DNA of 64,000 nt from Candidatus Pelagibacter sp. (lineage in GTDB: Bacteria > Pseudomonadota > Alphaproteobacteria > Paracaedibacterales > CAIOTO01), in the NCBI GenBank assembly GCA_013823725.1, contig PNMQ01000006.1, forward strand, positions 1,746 to 65,745, given 5' to 3'. Made by a program: the position numbers and the translations under genes. Shown here piece after piece: positions 60,864 through 64,000 of the stretch. Numbering within the stretch: position 1 is the stretch's first letter; every line of letters starts with the position of its first letter. Below the pieces are notes generated by a model. That model was not told where the DNA came from. It did not search any database and saw only the letters and a list, made by a program, of their open reading frames with translations.

Positions 60864-61817
60864 TTAAGATAAAAATGGTAGAGGATCTATTGGTTTTTTG
60901 GTTCCAGACTGTCTTAGTTGCAACGCAAGCATCGCTTTATTAACTTTGCGATTGATACCTACTGTTCCAATAACATCTCCCTTTTTGATCGTTTGTCCGG
61001 CTTTAACATAAACTTCTTTCAAGAAACCATAAAATGCCATTTTCCCATCGTTGTGCTTTACTACAACAAATTGACCCCATGAACGTAGATCAGCATCTTT
61101 GCCAGCACTTGTAACTTTACCGTCTGTTAAGCTCTTAGCTTTTGTACCTGCTGGAGCTTCGATTAAGATATTACTACCAGATTTGGGATCGTATGTTCTT
61201 AATATTTTCCCATGCACTGGCCATGCATATTTTTTAGGATCAAGAGCTTGGGAGGTGGCATTTTTTTGGAAAGGTAAAAACTTTTTTGTAGCCTCTTCTT
61301 TTTCGCTCAGAATTTGTTGAGAAACATCTGCTTGATTCATAACTGAGTCCTCAGGAGAATCAAGAGACGTTTGTTGTTCATGAACTGCTTGATTTAAAAA
61401 ATCTTGAGCCTGTTCGGACGAACTATGCGATAAACCATTTCTTTCAATCATTTCATCTTGAGATGTAGATTTCTGATCAACATTTTTTTTCAAAAAAGGA
61501 TCATCCTGAACACTTTTTACCTCAAGATCATCTCCTGAAGCATAATATTCATTACTTTGCAATTTTAATGATTTAATTTTAATCCTTTGGTGCTGGACAA
61601 TTCGATAAGGAGCCTTCAAACCATTCATCAAAATCAATTCCTTTACAGGGATTTTGTATTTTTTAGATAAGGTTTTTAATGTTTCACCTTTTTTGACAAT
61701 ATGATAACTAGACACTCCCCTCGGTGAAATAATTTCACTAGGTTGATTATTAGAACCACCACATCCTGCTAAATACAAACAGGATAAAACTGTTAATATT
61801 AATGAATTACTACGCAT
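60864..61817 (-). CDS. nlpD: LysM plus degenerate M23 (LytM) domain lipoprotein, NlpD-like
   Basis: Lipobox LAGC, LysM domain (YHIVKKGETLKTLSKKYKIPVKELILMNGL), and a C-terminal LytM fold that lacks the catalytic His residues (YGF in place of YAH). Confidence 0.85.
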   Translation of the reverse strand: MRSNSLILTVLSCLYLAGCGGSNNQPSEIISPRGVSSYHIVKKGETLKTLSKKYKIPVKELILMNGLKAPYRIVQHQRIKIKSLKLQSNEYYASGDDLEVKSVQDDPFLKKNVDQKSTSQDEMIERNGLSHSSSEQAQDFLNQAVHEQQTSLDSPEDSVMNQADVSQQILSEKEEATKKFLPFQKNATSQALDPKKYAWPVHGKILRTYDPKSGSNILIEAPAGTKAKSLTDGKVTSAGKDADLRSWGQFVVVKHNDGKMAFYGFLKEVYVKAGQTIKKGDVIGTVGINRKVNKAMLALQLRQSGTKKPIDPLPFLS

Positions 61818-62610
61818 ATATTTGCCTCTTTATCATCTGATTTATCATACAATATTCTTTTAGCTGTTGACCATAGTGCTCATCTGTAAAGTCTAATTTT
61901 ACTGGATTAATCGAAATATAATTGGAGTATATAGCACTTAAATCACTATCTTGATCATTAATATTTGGATGATCTTCAAAGCGGTACATTGCTGAACCAT
62001 GCCAGAAATATTTTTCTTCTCTTGGGTCCTCGCAAACATGCATCATATCCTTAGTGTCTCTTATGCCTTGTTTTGTAATACAAATACCTTGAAGTTCGCT
62101 GTGATTGCAATCAGGAAAATTAATATTCATAAACGAATCCTTTTTGACAGGACCGTTTAAAATTAAATCTTTAACGTTTGACAAGCAAAGGCGGGCTGTA
62201 TCCCATTTAATATTTTCTCTAAATTTGAAATTCATACTCAAAGCAACAGATTTAATTCCTAAAAGTGTTCCCTCCATTGCAGCAGCAACTGTTCCTGAAT
62301 ATGATAAATCTTCAGCCATATTAGAACCATGGTTGATACCTGATAAAATTAAATCGGGCAAAGAATCTTTCAACAGGTGTCCACAAGCCAGCATTACGCA
62401 ATCAGTCGGAGTACCTGAAACAGAATAGTGTTGATAAGATTGCTGGTTAAGTCGTAGAGGTTGCTTGATAGTAATAGAGTGCCCTGTCCCGCTTTGATTA
62501 GTATCAGGTGCAACAACCCACACATCATCGGTAATTTCTAATGCGAATTCTGTGAGCAGTTTTAGACCTTCTGCACCATAACCATCATCGTTTGTAACTA
62601 AAATTTTCAT
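61810..62610 (-). CDS. surE: 5'/3'-nucleotidase SurE
   Basis: MKILVTNDDGYGAEGL and GINHGSNMAEDLSYSGTVAAAMEG. Start taken at MKIL, not the upstream in-frame ORF start. Confidence 0.93.
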   Translation of the reverse strand: MKILVTNDDGYGAEGLKLLTEFALEITDDVWVVAPDTNQSGTGHSITIKQPLRLNQQSYQHYSVSGTPTDCVMLACGHLLKDSLPDLILSGINHGSNMAEDLSYSGTVAAAMEGTLLGIKSVALSMNFKFRENIKWDTARLCLSNVKDLILNGPVKKDSFMNINFPDCNHSELQGICITKQGIRDTKDMMHVCEDPREEKYFWHGSAMYRFEDHPNINDQDSDLSAIYSNYISINPVKLDFTDEHYGQQLKEYCMINQMIKRQIYA

Positions 62611-62752
62611 AAAGCCCCTTAAGTAACCATTACATTGTACCTGAAGCACAATAAAAATTCAAAATTATTCTAAAATAAAAAGATTCTTGATTTTTTGCAG
62701 GAAAAGAACTAAAAATGTGTATAGATAACTTAATTTTTCAAAATCAAACATA

Positions 62753-63175
62753 ATGACAATTCAAAGAACTTTTTCAATACTAAAACCTGACGCAACAGCG
62801 CGTAACATTACAGGTAAGATAAATGCAAAAATAGAACATGCTGGTCTTAAAATTGTAGCTCAAAAAAAGTTGATGCTTACATTAGAACAAGCTCAAGGAT
62901 TTTACGCTGTTCACAAAGAAAGAGCGTTTTTCAACGATCTATGTTCCTTCATGATTTCTGGCCCTGTCGTTGTACAAGTTCTTGAAGGCGAAAACGCAGT
63001 AGAAAAATATCGCACACTTATGGGTAGCACGAATCCAACAAATGCAGAAGAAGGTACAATCCGTAAAGAATTTGCTGAATCAATCGAAGCTAATACTGTT
63101 CATGGTTCAGACTCACTAGAAAATGCAGCTATTGAAATTTCATACTTTTTCTCAAGTTTAGAAATTGTAGGTTAA
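62753..63175 (+). CDS. ndk: Nucleoside diphosphate kinase
   Basis: 140 aa with [11 protein letters not shown]-like start, [10 protein letters not shown], and the active-site NTVHGSDS. Confidence 0.97.
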   Translation: MTIQRTFSILKPDATARNITGKINAKIEHAGLKIVAQKKLMLTLEQAQGFYAVHKERAFFNDLCSFMISGPVVVQVLEGENAVEKYRTLMGSTNPTNAEEGTIRKEFAESIEANTVHGSDSLENAAIEISYFFSSLEIVG

Positions 63176-63190
63176 AGATCATTTTATATA

Positions 63191-63802
63191 GTGAATAATA
63201 TAAAAATCTATTTACCTAATATACTCTCGGGACTAAGACTAGCGTCTAGTCCCTTTTTAATATATTCAATTTTACATTCCTATTCTTATGCTTCAATTTT
63301 AATTATTATTTTCGCAGCTCTTTCAGATGGGCTAGATGGATATTTAGCACGAAAATTCAAAACAGAATCTTCAGTGGGCAAGATTATAGATCCTATTGCT
63401 GACAAAGTTTTTATAATATCTGCACTTATAGGTTTTGTTCTTAAAGAACACCATACACACTTATATATGCTGTTAGCGCTAACGCTAATTCGTGAAGTCC
63501 TTATTATTTCGGGCTATTTTCGTCTCAAAACTGTTAAGTCGAACTTTGAAATATCACCAATATTTTCCAGCAAATTCAACACTTCTGTTCTATTCGTATT
63601 TTTTCTTGCACATATTTTCCTCTTTTATGTGCAACAATTAGAATTTCAAAACACCATATATTTCTTTTGGCATCCCTTCACAAAAGGATATAATGTTTGT
63701 ATGGCCCTATATCAATTTATGTGGCTAGTTTGTATTATTTTTAATGTGTGGTCTGGAAAATCTTATGTCCAATTTTATCAATCAGTTCGTCAAGCATCCT
63801 AA
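63191..63802 (+). CDS. pgsA: CDP-alcohol phosphatidyltransferase family protein (PgsA-like)
   Basis: The DGxxAR...G...D...D motif reads SDGLDGYLARKFKTESSVGKIIDPIADKV. The N-terminus is PNILSGLRL. GTG start. Confidence 0.7.
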   Translation: MNNIKIYLPNILSGLRLASSPFLIYSILHSYSYASILIIIFAALSDGLDGYLARKFKTESSVGKIIDPIADKVFIISALIGFVLKEHHTHLYMLLALTLIREVLIISGYFRLKTVKSNFEISPIFSSKFNTSVLFVFFLAHIFLFYVQQLEFQNTIYFFWHPFTKGYNVCMALYQFMWLVCIIFNVWSGKSYVQFYQSVRQAS

Positions 63803-64000
63803 TTTTTTTCAAATTATCTGCTTATCAATTATTCTTTTGACTTGTTTAGTATACACAGCACACGCTTTAAACGATGTACTTGACCCATTTATATTATCTT
63901 TTATCTTAAGTTATTTTATAGACAAAGGCATATCTAAAGCAGAACATCGTCTTTCAAGAACATATTTATCTCTCCTTTTTATCCTCCTGATTACAGGGCT
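63765..64000 (+). CDS. Partial membrane protein, possibly an AI-2E (PerM) family transporter; N-terminal fragment running off the window
   Basis: ATG at 63765. It encodes MSNFINQFVKHPNFFQIICLSIILLTCLVYTAHALNDVLDPFILSFILSYFIDKG..., resembling the first two TM segments of AI-2E transporters. Only about 78 codons are visible. Confidence 0.4.
   Translation, partial: MSNFINQFVKHPNFFQIICLSIILLTCLVYTAHALNDVLDPFILSFILSYFIDKGISKAEHRLSRTYLSLLFILLITG

Overview
AT-rich, gene-dense window with about 60 protein genes, 2 tRNAs and the RNase P RNA. There are no transposases, prophage genes, CRISPR arrays or rRNA. The gene content is alphaproteobacterial housekeeping: PDH E1alpha/E1beta/E2, a three-gene split transhydrogenase (PntAA/PntAB/PntB), CcmC-D-E, a TIGR02300 FYDLN_acid protein, ApaG, DUF2628, SpoT-AcpS-LepB, dnaN-recF-gyrB, parE, polA, alaS and serS. 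Coding strand switches about every 3-7 kb and several conserved clusters are broken. That fits a reduced, rearranged genome of a host-associated alphaproteobacterium (Holosporales/Rickettsiales-like), but the taxon cannot be fixed from this window. The accessory content is small. (1) A 96-bp octanucleotide tract (CAGTCACT, 12 units, 9 of them perfect) lies between a signal-peptide ORF and a 218-aa DUF1796-like (putative papain-like peptidase) ORF. One added unit would fuse the two ORFs in frame, so this looks like a slipped-strand phase switch currently in the OFF register. (2) A complete-looking TssA (ImpA_N) gene has no other type VI secretion genes in the window. It is tightly followed by a very divergent aminotransferase-fold-like ORF. 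(3) A 1069-aa protein fuses a GltD/NfnB-like iron-sulfur flavoprotein to a PyrK/NfnA-like 2Fe-2S reductase behind an unrecognised N-terminal domain. (4) Two orphan signal-peptide proteins flank rnpB and a porin-like gene. (5) A short CCA-adding-enzyme homolog has an altered catalytic motif, and both tRNA genes here encode their own CCA. All calls come from reading the sequence and the ORF translations. No database searches were run.
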